This document shows, in pieces, positions 40,356 through 53,437 of a stretch of 64,000 bases of DNA; the stretch's first letter is position 1; each line of letters starts with the position of its first letter. Source of the stretch: Octopus sinensis (Eukaryota). The translations under genes were made by a program, and so were the position numbers. The DNA lies in NCBI RefSeq assembly GCF_006345805.1, contig NC_043004.1, positions 36,394,001 through 36,458,000 on the forward strand, in the 5' to 3' direction. Under the pieces are notes generated by a model, which did not search any database, was not told where the DNA came from, and saw nothing but the letters and a program-made list of their open reading frames with translations.

Positions 40356-41293
40356 TATATATTCATATGTATATGCATGTATATATTCACGTGTGCGTGC
40401 GTTTGTGTGTGTGAATGTGTGGGTGCGTGTGTGCACATGTGTGTATGGTTGTAGGTATGCATCTATGCATGTCTGTATATCAATACGTATTTGTGTCTAT
40501 TTGTATTCATATTCACTCTGGTTTAAAACTGTTTATGTTGTCTCCTATTCTGGCCTCAAACTTAGCGTTAAACTAAAGATATATCAATAAAGAAACACCA
40601 TACTGGAACGAGCAGCAAATTTATCGATAAATATACAAAGATTAGGAAGAGAGGTGAATACACTATTGTACTTTTTTCTTGCTGGTTTTAGTCTCTGGGC
40701 CTCTGTTATATTACATCATCTTAAAGTTGTTCTGCCCTTCTACCTATAAACTTCTAATTCGAACTACGATTCTATTTCCCACCTTTCCCCAGTTTTTACT
40801 ATGACCATCGATTTCGATTTATTTTCAAAATAACACATATAAAGACTAGTTTTAATATGTAGTTTAAGATTATTTTTGTCTTAAGAATATATTTTACTTG
40901 ACGATTATTTTAACATCGGCATTGATTTACGTTTAAAATTATCATAAATAAACGTAAAGTATTTATTTTAATTGAACTTGAAAGAAAGGATAACAAAAAA
41001 TTAATGAAAATAAATTATAGTTAGGAATTGAATAATACATCACTTCCTTCTAGTGAGAAAATATTTGGAAATACTTTGGTGATGAAAGCAGTCGACAGAC
41101 ATAAATTTCCAGGCTTGTTTGTTGATGTTAGCCTCCTACTTAATGGTATTGTAATAGCGTTGAGCGCTAATATTATTTATATGAAACTATAAATATTTTA
41201 TGGTTATGTCTTGATTAAAGACATCGAGATATTTGACCATTGGCCAACAATAAACATATTACATCTATCGACAATAGTTATTATACATACATA

Positions 41294-41346
<53 letters not shown>

Positions 41347-42063
41347 GTGTGTGTGTGCGTGTACATTCGATGTATCAATATTTGTTTTCGTTTCGTTGTC
41401 CAACATTTAACATTTCTATGACAGACAAGCCAGTAGAAATAATAAAAAGAGGAAATAGACAATATTGTATTTCATCCCGTGTTCAACTTCGTATTTAAAC
41501 TCAGAGAGCGGGAGTGGGGGGGGACGATAAAAAAATATTTCGGTGTAAATTCAGTCGACTGCTGTATTCGCAATAAACATTCCTGTATCACAAATAAGAT
41601 AACAATATTTCAGATATTGAAATTGGGGAATCGAAAGAATATCATTGAATGTCAGATTAATTACTGCGCACTGTTTAGTTTTGTTCTTCTAGATTCTGGT
41701 TTCCAGTTTAAACCCTGGCGAAGATGAGTTTGCCATCGTCTGCATCCTTTCATTACAACTTTATTTCTTAGCGCCAAATAATTTAAAATCTGTTCGGATA
41801 TGAGCCGAGTATCATCAAAATAAAATATAAACCATCAACAATGTTGACAGAGGTTCAATTTCTTATCAAAGTCAATTATATAGGTAATTTCTTGTAAATG
41901 ACACGTCAACATATCTATTTCCTTAAAGTGAATAACTTTTTCAATTCTCCGATGAAAGCAATATTTTAGTTGTATAAGTTTACCATCAAATATCTCGAGA
42001 AAACAAAACACACACAAATTTCAAACGGCGTCCGAAGTTAAACAATATAAAAATTTAGATAGA

Positions 42064-43321
42064 AATGGATTGGCCAAAAAGTCGTTCGGTTTTTATTGAC
42101 ACTAAACTTGAAGCACTCTAATTCGTAGCTATCTTCAGTCTGTCCCTTGTGCATGGGCACTCGTTAGATACTTCTCATTTCAACGAAGTTCGATGCGAAC
42201 TTGCATCGAGAGAGGTTGCAGTCTGTGTGCTTGAGATCACACTGAATATGGAGAACCAAAATGTACATTATCGATACCTCATGCGTTCTTTAATTTTTAA
42301 AAATACATGAAAGCAGCGGATAAATGCAGGGAAATATGTACTGCATATGGAGAGGATGCTGTTACGAAACATGTGTGCTAGAAATGGTTTACAAAACTTC
42401 GATCAAGGTATTTTTCGGTTTAAGATGCACCTCTCTCTCCTTGGCTGGCCAACTGAGATTAACAGCAATGAAACGAAAGATGTGGTCGGCAGCTACCCTC
42501 AGTATACAACCAGGATGATCACAGATATTCTCAAAATCGAATGCATCAACTTGACTACGTCAGGAGGTTCGATGCTTGTGTCCCACATCAATGAGACTAA
42601 CCTCGACCAGAAGATTTCCATCTGCGATTCCTTGCAAGAAGGTGAAAAAGATGATCCTTCTTTGAAGAGAATGGTTACAGGGGAAGGGGGAATGTATCGT
42701 CTATAACAATGTGAAATATAAACGATTTTGGGAAAGTGCGGTGAACTACCACAAACAACTTCCAAGTTACAGACAAATAAGTCAACACCAGTTGATTATG
42801 CTTTCAATTTGGTGAGAGTGGAAGAGTGTTGTCTTTTACGGTCTTCTTCTTAAACACAGGACCATCAATTCGGATGCGTATTGTAACCAGTTAGACAAAC
42901 GAAACGCTGAAGTCTGCCTGAAGCGTCAAGTATTTGCTCATCATAAGGATATTGTCTTTCATTTCGACAATGCCAGACTGCACAATTCTTTGAATACGCG
43001 GCAGAAGTTACAGGGGCTTGACTGGGAAGTTTTGAAGGACTCTCTGCATTTATCCGACCTTGCACCTTCAGATTTCCACCTGTTTCGGATTCCTCAAAAT
43101 TCATTGAACGAACAGACCTTAAACTCTGAAGAGGGTGTAAAAATTCACCTAGGAGGGATTTTCGCCAGTAAAAACGGAGAACTTTTTTGAACAGTGAATA
43201 ACGGATCTGCCCACAATGTAGCAGAAAACACTGGAACGAAACAGTAATTATATCATTGTGTTTAAAGGTTGAGTCTTATTTTCGCTTAAAAGACTGAATA
43301 GACGATTTGGCCAACCCAATA
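42064..43321 (+). mobile_element. Near full-length decayed mariner DNA transposon (cecropia/mellifera-like TIR)
   Basis: TIRs ggattggccaaaaagtcg / cgatttggccaacccaata. Transposase remnants LVSHINETNLDQKISICDSL..DDPSLKRMVTGE (WVPHEL...TGDEKW equivalent), FHFDNARLH, TRQKLQGLDWEVL..SDLAPSDFHLFR..QNSL. Confidence 0.9.
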
Positions 43322-44110
43322 GCCTACGTTTAAACCAAACAATATTTTATAAATGTAGAGTGTTATACTAAAAGAGATAAGCTTCCAATGATACAAGTTT
43401 GGAGTTCAGGTTGCGATTGTTGATCGCTTCGATTTCGATTCACTATCGTGTGTAATTCTTTTCAGTAAAGGACACACGCTGTCATTGTTTTATATCAGTA
43501 AATTAAATATTGTTCTTGTTTTAGTTAAGATTCCTCAAATGTCTTCATAGGAGCATCTGTTTTCATAAAAACAAAAACGGTTTCATAAGGGTTTGGCTAT
43601 TTAATGTACTTTACTTTAAATAGGGAACCGAAAACTTCAGAATTTAAGTTCTCAAAAGACGTAAACAGTAATGAAACAATATGACGTGAGTTTAATAAGA
43701 TTTCCTATGTAATACGTAAGTGAAGAAAGTCCTTTCACCACCCAAAAAAGTAACCGGATTCGCTGGGGTTTTTTTTCGGTTTTTTTGCCATAAGTGTCTT
43801 TAATAGTCTAGTACCCGATATACTCCATTTAAAAGGCACAAGAAGTTGTAATTTTGCTGTAAATAATACGTTAGCATTTGCAAACTATTTTCTAGTTAGA
43901 CACTGCACCTACAAAACTGAGCTCCCGCCACGCTGTTACGCAAACATCTCTGATCCTTCACACCTATGAGGGGTCGCTATGTTATCGATCTATAGATGTA
44001 TTCATTTCCAATGGTGTTCTCCAATGTTAGCCTATATAAGCACCAAACATTCAAATAGCTTTCTCTCTACATAGATCTATTTTAATCTATGAAAAGAGGA
44101 TACGATTTAT

Positions 44111-44680
44111 CTATTTCTTTACTACCCACAAGGGGCTAAACACAGAGGGGACAGACAAAGGGATTAAGTCGATTACATTGACCCCAGTGCGTAACTGGAA
44201 CTTAATTTATCGGCCCCGAAAGGATGAAAGGCAAAGTCGACCTCGGCGGAATTTGAACTCAGAACATAATGGCAAGCGAAATACCTATTTCTTTACTACC
44301 CACAAGGGGCTAAAAACAGAGAGGACAAACAAACGGATTAACTCGATTACATCGACCCCAGTGCGTAACTGGTACTTAATTTATCGACCCCGAAAGGATG
44401 AAAGGCAAAGTCGACCTCGGCGGAATTTGAACTCAGAACATAATGGCAAGCGAAATACCTATTTCTTTACTACCCACAAGGGGCTAAAAACAGAGAGGAC
44501 AAACAAACGGATTAACTCGATTACATCGACCCCAGTGCGTAACTGGTACTTAATTTATCGACCCCGAAAGGATGAAAGGCAAAGTCGACCTCGGCGGAAT
44601 TTGAACTCAGAACGTAAAAACAGATGAAATACTGCTAAGCATTTTGCCCGGCGGGCAAACGTTTCTGCCAGCTCGCCGCC
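44111..44680 (-). mobile_element. tRNA-derived SINE family C, head-to-tail trimer with a 174-bp period
   Basis: Head GGCGGCGAGCTGGCAGAAACG at 44680; the unit beginning ctatttctttactacccacaagggg recurs at 44111, 44285 and 44459. Explains repetitive ORF 44178..44627. Confidence 0.88.
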
Positions 44681-47600
44681 TTGGAATATTAAATATTCCG
44701 TTATATCGCACGAAATTGTTATAATTAGTAACGACTCACTCATTGTTTATTCTATTCACCCTCCCATGCAGATAACACTACCCTTCAGTTCTTAACAAGC
44801 TGTACAAAGGCATAGTCACTATTTTATCGGTTTTTATTTCCCTGAAACAGCAAAATGAGTGCTAGCTCCCCGTGACCCACCCAACAAAAGAATCTCAACC
44901 TTTTCTTTAGTTCTCCCTAAATTCCTATCCTCCAGTTTTCACATAAAATAGCCTTTCCTATGGCGAACAGAAGCCATCAGATATACCTACCCCGATCATG
45001 TTTAGCTTACAGTTTTACAAGACACCCCAACCCCATCAATTTCCCTAACCCCAAAAAGGATGAGCAATTCCACATTACTTAGACTGTGCCACACTACCTT
45101 GACTAATGAATAAAAAGATTAATGTAACATCATTCCTACGTGAATATAATCCTGTATAGGATTGCCTGTAGGTTATATGAATGTCATTTGATTTCATGCG
45201 CCAGTCTAAGAAATCCCGAATCTACATGGAACACCTGAGTAGCCGTATTCTCCAACAGAGCCGATTCGACGACACAATTTCTATATTTTAAAATTTATTT
45301 TCATTTAGTTTATGTCTTTTCGCAATATGTTTGTTATATAATATCCCATCCACTTTCCTCTTAATTCCATGATCTCTTCTGGTATAAAATATCAAAAGAA
45401 TACAACAAAAAAATGCTTGAAAATCAGAATGTTAAATTCCATTCGGTATCCTCTACGTGAAGTGAAAATTATCTTTTGGGAAATAATATTTATAAAACCT
45501 GCTTTATTGAAAGGAATTTCGAAATTACTACAACCATAACATTTTCCTTCTGTGTATAGAACTCTTAGTTTATGCTTAATAGTTCGTGCAATTATCAAAT
45601 TTCAAGGAATAATGGTTATTCCTAGCATGTTGATTGTCGAATAGATGTGCTTAGAATCAAATTCTTAAAGAGTAATTATTTGATTTTACAGTTATGTAAA
45701 GAAAGATGATGAAAATGATAGCGGTGTGTTAAAAAAAATATCGACACTTTGTCACACTTTGCGAACACTTTGGCATTTGGTTCGTGATTGTGAAATAATT
45801 AACACTACGTAAATACACAACAACAAAGAAAACGTTTAAAATGTAATTAGGGAACCAAACATAAGTTGAACGTTGTCAGTAAATGGCGTTAATAGTTCGT
45901 AAATTTGGCTTATATTCAATTCTGCGAATAAAATAAATTATGCTGAATAAAATTTACTGAGGAAAAAAATTATATTCAGTTTTAATTATAAGTGCTTTTA
46001 CCGTAACATTAGTAGTTATGATGATGATGGTGGTGGTGGTAGTAGTTTCTAAAATAGGTTGCTTATAGAAACGAATTTTTTCCAGTAATAATAGTAAACG
46101 ATAAGAGAATGGCAATCATTTGAAAGAGTAGCAGTAGTGGTAACATTTAACAAATTCTTACTGCCCAACATACTGAAACAAGTAACTACATATCCCGCTC
46201 AATCACCTTCTCTGTGAATCAAATTCATCTGATAACCTCCACGACTCCATTATTTTTTCTCGTTCTTTATTATATCTAATACATCATGTTAAATAACTGT
46301 TCCAACGATTTGTCAGCGAAAAGCATTCTTTGCACATATATTTGCTCCGCAGATATTCTTCTGCCAACTCACCAGTTTGGAATATTCTCCAAAGCTTTAT
46401 CCACACTAATTAATGATTTCTAACATTGTCACAATTTGATAAAAGGAAATCTCGATTAGATCCAACCACTGCACTTGACTGCGAGTTACAAATTGTGAAT
46501 GTAATGCTTCCCTCCTCTAACTAAATGTATATCATTTGATTGGAGACTTGGAGTTGGTAATTATAAGGCAAGAATTAATGTAGTTGAGCCAATAGAATTA
46601 CCTGCTCCAAAGAAAATAGCAAAGCATATAGCAATGGCCTTACTACTATCGATAATTACGGTTCCAATAAAAAGCATTACCATCATCCCAGAAGGAAATC
46701 CATCGATATTCAACGATGACTATTCATACGAAATGCTTTGCTTTGAGTTGCAGAATAAGCAGTGAATCGATCTCTTCGATTAATTCCCGTGATCAGCTGC
46801 TGTGGTCACAAGAGTTAATCGATTGCTTCTCAGTCTCCTCGTGTTAGGTTTATCCTCCTCCAGCTTTGTAGGTCAGTCAAAGACTGATTCTTCGTATCAT
46901 TAGACAACTGTGAGACGACAATTTGCTTTGGTAACTTTTCAGAACCAGCAAAGATAGTTTTATAGGGAAACCTATTCAGTAAATAGCTTCAACACAGAGT
47001 ATTAAGGGTTCTTAATAGAAGGATTCTAAACTTAGAATGTAAGAGAAAGAAACAATGGAGTAAAACTATAGGATACATTAGGGGTTTTCAGGGGTTATCA
47101 GAACCTGCATATCCATACAGACAATAACTAAATATTGTTGAGTATCACCCCTATACACACCACCTATTCATATTTCGGTGTTGATGAACCAATAGTCAAC
47201 GTCTGTACTAATATCTCTAGACGTAACCATACTGTTTTCTCTATCTCATATATTGAAATAGGAGTCAAGGGACAGGTGTTTGACACATCGTTTCGTTACG
47301 TTTTCTCACTTCTTAAAAACAAAGCACGAATTTGTTTGAGGCAATCGATGGACCATACGTCAGCTAGGGTCTCTTGTAACTGCTCCGTCGAAGGTATATG
47401 TTTAGCTTTCGAAAAAGAATAGGTACTTTATTAATTAAACTTTTCTTTCATGAAGAACGTCTCCATACGAGAGGGTACTGTCTATTAAATTATATCTATA
47501 GCTCATATTTTCTGTTTTATTCTTTGTTTAATATCTTGCTTTCTTTGTCCAAAAGTTCCAGAATTCGTGATGTTGTATCCCTTCTTGCAATGTTTCTAGC

Positions 47601-50244
47601 GAGCTCCATTCCACGCCAGATGTGTCCATTGTCAGTTACTAGCATATAATGCTTACAGAAATATAAAGCATAAAAAAGTCAAAGGAAAAAATAAACATTT
47701 ACCTCAGGGTCATAAGGTGAATACGAAAATGCTTTAAATCACCCGGCTTGCAAAATAATGCCAAACCGCCATCAACAGATAAAGTCCAGTTTTATTCAAG
47801 CCAACGTGGAAAAATTCAATTCCAGAACAGTCATAGGAATTGGAACAGAAAATCGCGATTTATTTTGTGAAATCCTTGTATCAGGAGAAAGAGAGCTCCC
47901 CTATTTAGAAGATGAACCGGGTTTGGTAGGTTCTAGTTTTGTATTCTTGCATCTGAGTTAAAATCCCTCCAAGGGCAACTTTATCCCTTCCAGAAGATAA
48001 CCTGCCTGTGTATTGCTATCTGCTACTCTTACAGTAAGCTTCGATGATATTAATGAACTTACGCCATTGAAATTATGGATGGTGTTTGTATCTCGTGTGA
48101 AAAGCGAACAGCATCCACCTTATTATTGACACTTTTGTTGCTGGGCGGCAAATCGCTCGATATTCTCATCTTATGGCAGCAATAACATAAAAATCTCATG
48201 AGATTTACATTCTATCCCCTAGGAATGAATATACTTGATCTCTATATGCTGTTTATCTGCATTGAATATCTAAAGAGATAACGATCCTCATACAAAAGTT
48301 TCCTTCAACATATGACGAAAAGAAAAAGGAAAAGAAAGAGAAAAGAAAAAAAATGAAATTAGATAAAAATGATAAAATATAAAAACCTATAGATATAATC
48401 TTTAAATTCTTATCGGAATACGGATGTGTAAAGAAAACTGGTTAGTTATTAAATTACAGTGTATAGATAAAGTATGAGCATAGTAATGCAATTGGATATC
48501 AATATTGAAATACGATAGAAACTAAAATGTGATATTGATCTCATATACAATTGGGAAGTGGTATAAATAGTAATGTTTACTGAAACAGGATACGTTACAT
48601 TGAGTGAAGAGGCTCCAAAAGATTTATTTTCTAAAACATTGAAATCAGAAACAAATATGAATTCAGACTGCTGAAGGGAGAGATTATTGTAATTCAGAAA
48701 TTTCGAGCAACGTGCTTATAATATCAATGTCACGTGCAATGGTACCGACCAAAATGATAACAATAATAATAATAATAATAGTAATAATAATAATAAGTGT
48801 GACACAAATATAAAAAAAAATCCTATACGAACACCTGCTTATTTATGACACAATGCTCTATTGTAGTTTGTTAGCGAATATGATTAGTCTACACACTTAC
48901 ACATATCGATTAATAAAATTTATATGTTCTACTGTTTTCTATTTCGCTGTAAGAAACATCATTATCAGACATAGTTAAATAGGTTTCATGCTGATAATTT
49001 CTGCTAATTATTGATAGAAATATACACTTATTTAAAATGCAGCAGGCCTGCAATGTCCCTAAATAGACAGAAAAAAGTTTTTTGAATAATGATATTTAAA
49101 ATTCAGTTACGAAACTTTCGATGTATCGACGCTTTTTGGAAGTATTAAAATACATGAAACTTTACAAAATAAAAATGGTATCACCATCATCAAGTGTTGC
49201 TTAATTTTTATTCTTCGTATAAACTTTTACCCCTTTCTTATAAGGCTTTTTTTTTAAAGAAGGCCTTTTCCTACAGAGCCCACAAGGTTAAAAAGGGGGA
49301 TAAAAATTGTCAAAATACTCCACTTTCGTTTCTGTCCAAACTTAGATTTTATAAATATTTATCACCTCACACCAGCTGAACATTCCAATAAAGACTGAAT
49401 ATTTACACGCGCATATTCACCAGTTATTCGAAAGCTAAGGAAATTAGGTCATTTCTTGAACTTTTGGAACAATCTGAGAGAAGCAAATAACTTTTGGGCG
49501 AGTTCTTCAATTTATTCGTCTTTGAACAGATTAAATAAGTTTAATCTCCTTTGCTAGATAATGACCGGGAAAATGATGAGTGAAGCCATGTCTTAACATA
49601 CTCCCAAGCACCATTTGCTCCATATTTATTTAGATTTTATTACGTGCGTTTTGAAGTGTGACGCTTTGTTGAGGTTTGCTTAGCAACTATTATTTCGTTA
49701 GAGGCATTACAGGTTTTAAAGTTGATAGTGCAAGTCCAAATTATTCCGCAGCAACATTTTCCTCCCCCCTTCCCGTTACTGTTTTTTATAATCTTTAGTT
49801 TCGTGTGTAAGATATTGCTTTTGTCTCACGTGACATGATGAAAAACTACGAATACTCAGTTGTTTATTTTTTGTAACTACAGCACTTTAAGAAAGTATGA
49901 AATTATTACACGAATTGTGCGATGCCGAACGAATGAATACTCCAGAAGAGAAAAAGAAACCAAGTGTAACTGGCTGAATGCATTCTTTCTGTGTGCGTTA
50001 ATAAAGTAACAAGATGCCGCCGTATATACAAGTTCAAATTCACAGGAAAATTCAATGGCATTCCGAATAACAGAAAAAGTTGTTTCTTTCTTTTTTTTTT
50101 GTAATTTTGGCAGTTAATTGCCGAAATATTACTTTGTAACAATGTTTCGTTTACAGGAGAAACGCAAAAATAAAACAATTTTATTTTATTAATCCATTAG
50201 CTATGACATTATTACTGATTCAGAGACCTACAGTTTCTTTTGTT

Positions 50245-50283
<39 letters not shown>

Positions 50284-52874
50284 TGTGTGTGTGTGTGTGT
50301 GTGTGTGTTTTAAGTTGTAAAATCCTTGCCTCTCGAAACCAAGCATCCAAACAATCAGGTGTGCTTTTATGCTCTCTTGATCCTTCAAGTAATACGATCC
50401 TAAGTATATGTGTGTGTGTGTGTGTGTGTAGTGAACTCTTGGGTTTTACATGAAGCGAATAGCGATGATGTATTGTACTTTTTAAGGACGTGTATTTGTA
50501 ATGATCCTCATGTGCGACGGCCATATATTATCGGATCAGTTTGCTTTAGCATGGTCACCAGTATGGTCACCCTTGCGAAATTCCAGACAAAAAAAAAGAG
50601 ACAAAGTTTAAGTGAGACTGAGAAAAATGGAACGAAATGGTGAGTCAGAATTTAACAGAAACTCCAAGTGTGAGACGAGAAACAGGGCACACTGAATGAT
50701 TTTGCCGTAAGAAAACTGGCATTCAGATTCGTTCTTTGACTTATCATTGCAGAAGCATGTCAAAAGAGGTTTTGTCAAAAGAGGTTTTAAGACTGTCAAG
50801 AATATCTTTTGCCTCTTTGAAGAGGACATATATATTTCTATAAATAATATCATCTGTGAAAATGAGATCTCATTTACCCTAAGAATGAAGGAGCTGAATA
50901 GTAATTTCTTTTACAACCAGAATCCAAGAATATGTGATCTGAACATCCCAGACGAAAATATCTAATGGTAAGTGGTTTGGAGGTAAACCGGCATTTTGTT
51001 TGTTGTTTTTGCAAGCAACAAAGTGCGGATAAATTCCACATACGAAAAAATGTTTGCAAAATCACACGTCCTACTCGTTGCAAGTCCCATAAATATCTTC
51101 TTTTATTACTACTGAACAATGCCTCTACCTCACAAACGTTTCAAAAGTTTGGCCATGATTGAAAAATAAAACAGAATTTACGTCTGTGAATCACTCCACA
51201 TACAGTCGGAATCTTGAACCCAACTGCCGTTACCTCCTCGAGCAAAATGAAAAAGTGTGTGACAAGTGAACTCTATGTCAAGGCTGATGAGCTGAGTTAA
51301 AAGGAATTTTATCTGAAGAATCAAGCAAGCCTATTCTAAAAAATCTCCCACAAACTTCTTGAGCGAAAAACTATGTTAAAAGCATTGGTTCACATAGAAA
51401 AAATGTTTTGTTGAATTGAAATATAAAAACTTTGTCTCTTTCTTTCTCAACTCAGGTACTTATTGTGTGCAGTACGTGTGTTACGTTTGCGACAACCAGC
51501 GAGTCAAGACAGTAACCTATGATCCATTCAGTTGAAGCGTCAACAGTTATTAACGTTTCGCCGACAGACAATAGCACTGTACATCATTGTCGATATTTAG
51601 CTGCCCAATCCACTTACTTCTGAGTATCACCAGATGTAATGATGTCAAACAAAAGTCGCATTTCAAAATTTGTATTACATTGATCAACCCTTTCCGTAGA
51701 CAGACAGAAGAAGAGATGAGTCCTACTGGTTGTATCTATAAAATAATAATACTGATCGCCCATTAATGGATAACTCAGATTAGGAAACATCAAATAATTG
51801 ATATACCATTGAATCCACCCTAATAAGAACATCACCGACATTTTATATACAGAGGAATAGGAACGAAGCTAAATGCAGAAAGTAGGCTGAAATTAGTTGG
51901 TGAACGTTCGCAAAAAATAATTATATCAAATAGAAGTGGGGCATACATAAAATAAAAATGGAAGATTCTGATATTGAGCTAGTAATAGAAATAAATAGCA
52001 GAAAATTTGGGAAAATCCAGACGTAATTTCACAGAGAAGAAAAAATGTCTAGCGTAATTGTATGACATTTGTAAAATAGACTTATTACATTCTAGGAGAA
52101 TCTAATTCTACGAGATGTATGTAGAAAGAGTAGAAGAATTTTTGAAAAGTAGTTTCTCTGAATACCTTTGCTTAATTATTTTTGTCTTCTTTTACTTCAT
52201 GTGTTTACAAATACTATGTTTTATGCGCGCGTGCGTATGTAAGTGTGTGTGTGTGCGCACGTGCGTATGTGTGTGTGTGCGCGTGTGTCTATCATAGAAT
52301 AAGCACGATTACAAATTTGTAGTAAGAATGGGAATGATGATATAAAAGTGTGTTGAAATATTTTGATGATGAGTAGCATCGTTATAAACAACGTAGCTCA
52401 ATGCTTTCTATTTATGTTATCAACCAGACAATGTTAATGGTATTAAAAAAATATAAGAGGATTTTATTAAGATATGTCTGTTAATTATATAATGTCTATG
52501 AAGATAGCAAAAAAACAAAAAAAAAACATTTATTAGTATATACTGAAAAAGATTCTGCAAATAAATAACACGTTTATTCTTTGAGAAGATAGTACATGCT
52601 ACAGATAGGTGCCAGTTATCTGCATCCAGCATCTAGCTATTAAACTATGTCCAGGGTGTGTGAAATTATTTCTACTCATATCATTTATCTTGTTCTAAAT
52701 GTCTATGCTAGTGAGATCAAGTTCATAACTATAAGCATTGGAACCACAGCATAAATGATAAGTGGGTTTGTTTTGTGCATGTAGATGTTTTTGTTTTTTT
52801 AATTAGCGTCAGCTGTGACGTTGAATAACTGTTAGCCTCTTCTGAGGTAGAAAAAAAATATCAAGTGGACTTAC

Positions 52875-53010
52875 ATAATTGTCTACAAGTTGGGACCGAT
52901 TCAGTCTAAGTTGTTTCACCGCCTGGAAGACGTCTACTTCTTTTTCAGCATTAATTCTCTCCAGTACACAACTTATAGCGCAGTACAGTCCACTTCTGCT
53001 AGCACCATTC
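52875..53010 (-). CDS. Receptor-type PTP D2 domain, internal exon (G+NGASRSGLYCAISCVLERINAEKEVDVFQAVKQLRLNRSQLVDNY)
   Basis: Acceptor ttacttgtag|GAAT at 53010, donor AATTAT|gtaagt at 52875; 136 nt. Joins the previous exon in frame to give HCMNGASRSG and contains the PTP motif VDVFQAVKQLRxxR. Lies within listed ORF 52809..53072. Confidence 0.95.
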
Positions 53011-53276
53011 CTACAAGTAATTGTTACATAGAATATATATCTTTGTTGTCTACAAAACATAACTCTTAACAATGAAGTATTTGAATGACTTTATTAAATT
53101 AGGAAGATTAATGATTATACAAGAATTATATCACAAATTCATATCATTTGACAGTGGACAATTGTTTCAAGTACATCACTGAAAATTTTCTTAATAAATT
53201 TGTCGATAGGCAATGAGAAAAATAGAACTTTCAGATAGTAAAGTTTTCAATAATCAAATTTGAAATAGTAACTTAC

Positions 53277-53437
53277 ATGCAATGAACTGTGACAGGTAGT
53301 GAATCCCCTGTTTCATGTTGCCATTTCTCAACCATATCCAGCAGCTCTACCAGAGCTAGTTTTGAGTTGGGGAAGTTTTCCCCTTCAGACCAGCGATGAA
53401 AATGGAATTGCCGAACAATTCGCGGGGCTTCTTGTGG
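53277..53437 (-). CDS. Receptor-type protein tyrosine phosphatase, D2 domain, internal exon (PQEAPRIVRQFHFHRWSEGENFPNSKLALVELLDMVEKWQHETGDSLPVTVHC+AT)
   Basis: Minus-strand acceptor ttcctttag|CCA at 53437 and donor TGCAT|gtaagt at 53277; 161 nt open. Translation aligns to the PTP WPD-loop to VHC segment. Phase-0 start at PQ and phase-2 end inside the signature motif match the exon layout I recall for PTPRM/K/T D2 (PQDGYRMVQQFQF...VVHCL|NG). Confidence 0.93.

Noticed and set aside
44178-44627. 149-aa ORF with an internal 58-aa repeat
   Set aside because: Antisense read-through of the 174-bp SINE trimer; the period is a multiple of 3.
46560-46700. Hydrophobic minus-strand peptide (..FAIFFGAGNSIG..) as an MFS transporter exon
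   Set aside because: No splice sites, flanked by stops, and the similarity is compositional only.
47590-47650. LVTDNG on the minus strand as a retroviral integrase core motif
   Set aside because: The flanking DDE-domain residues are absent; kept only within the unassigned 46-48 kb block.
48191-48206. 16-bp perfect palindrome aaatctcatgagattt
   Set aside because: AT-rich 8-bp arms; a few are expected by chance in 64 kb.
50758-50787. 15-bp tandem duplicate tgtcaaaagaggttt x2 (also the 22-bp x2 at 39511-39554)
   Set aside because: Ordinary local slippage duplications.
51614-51841. Minus ORF with DQYYYF as a nearer PTP last exon
   Set aside because: No AG acceptor before the motif and no downstream similarity; 30965-31033 fits far better.
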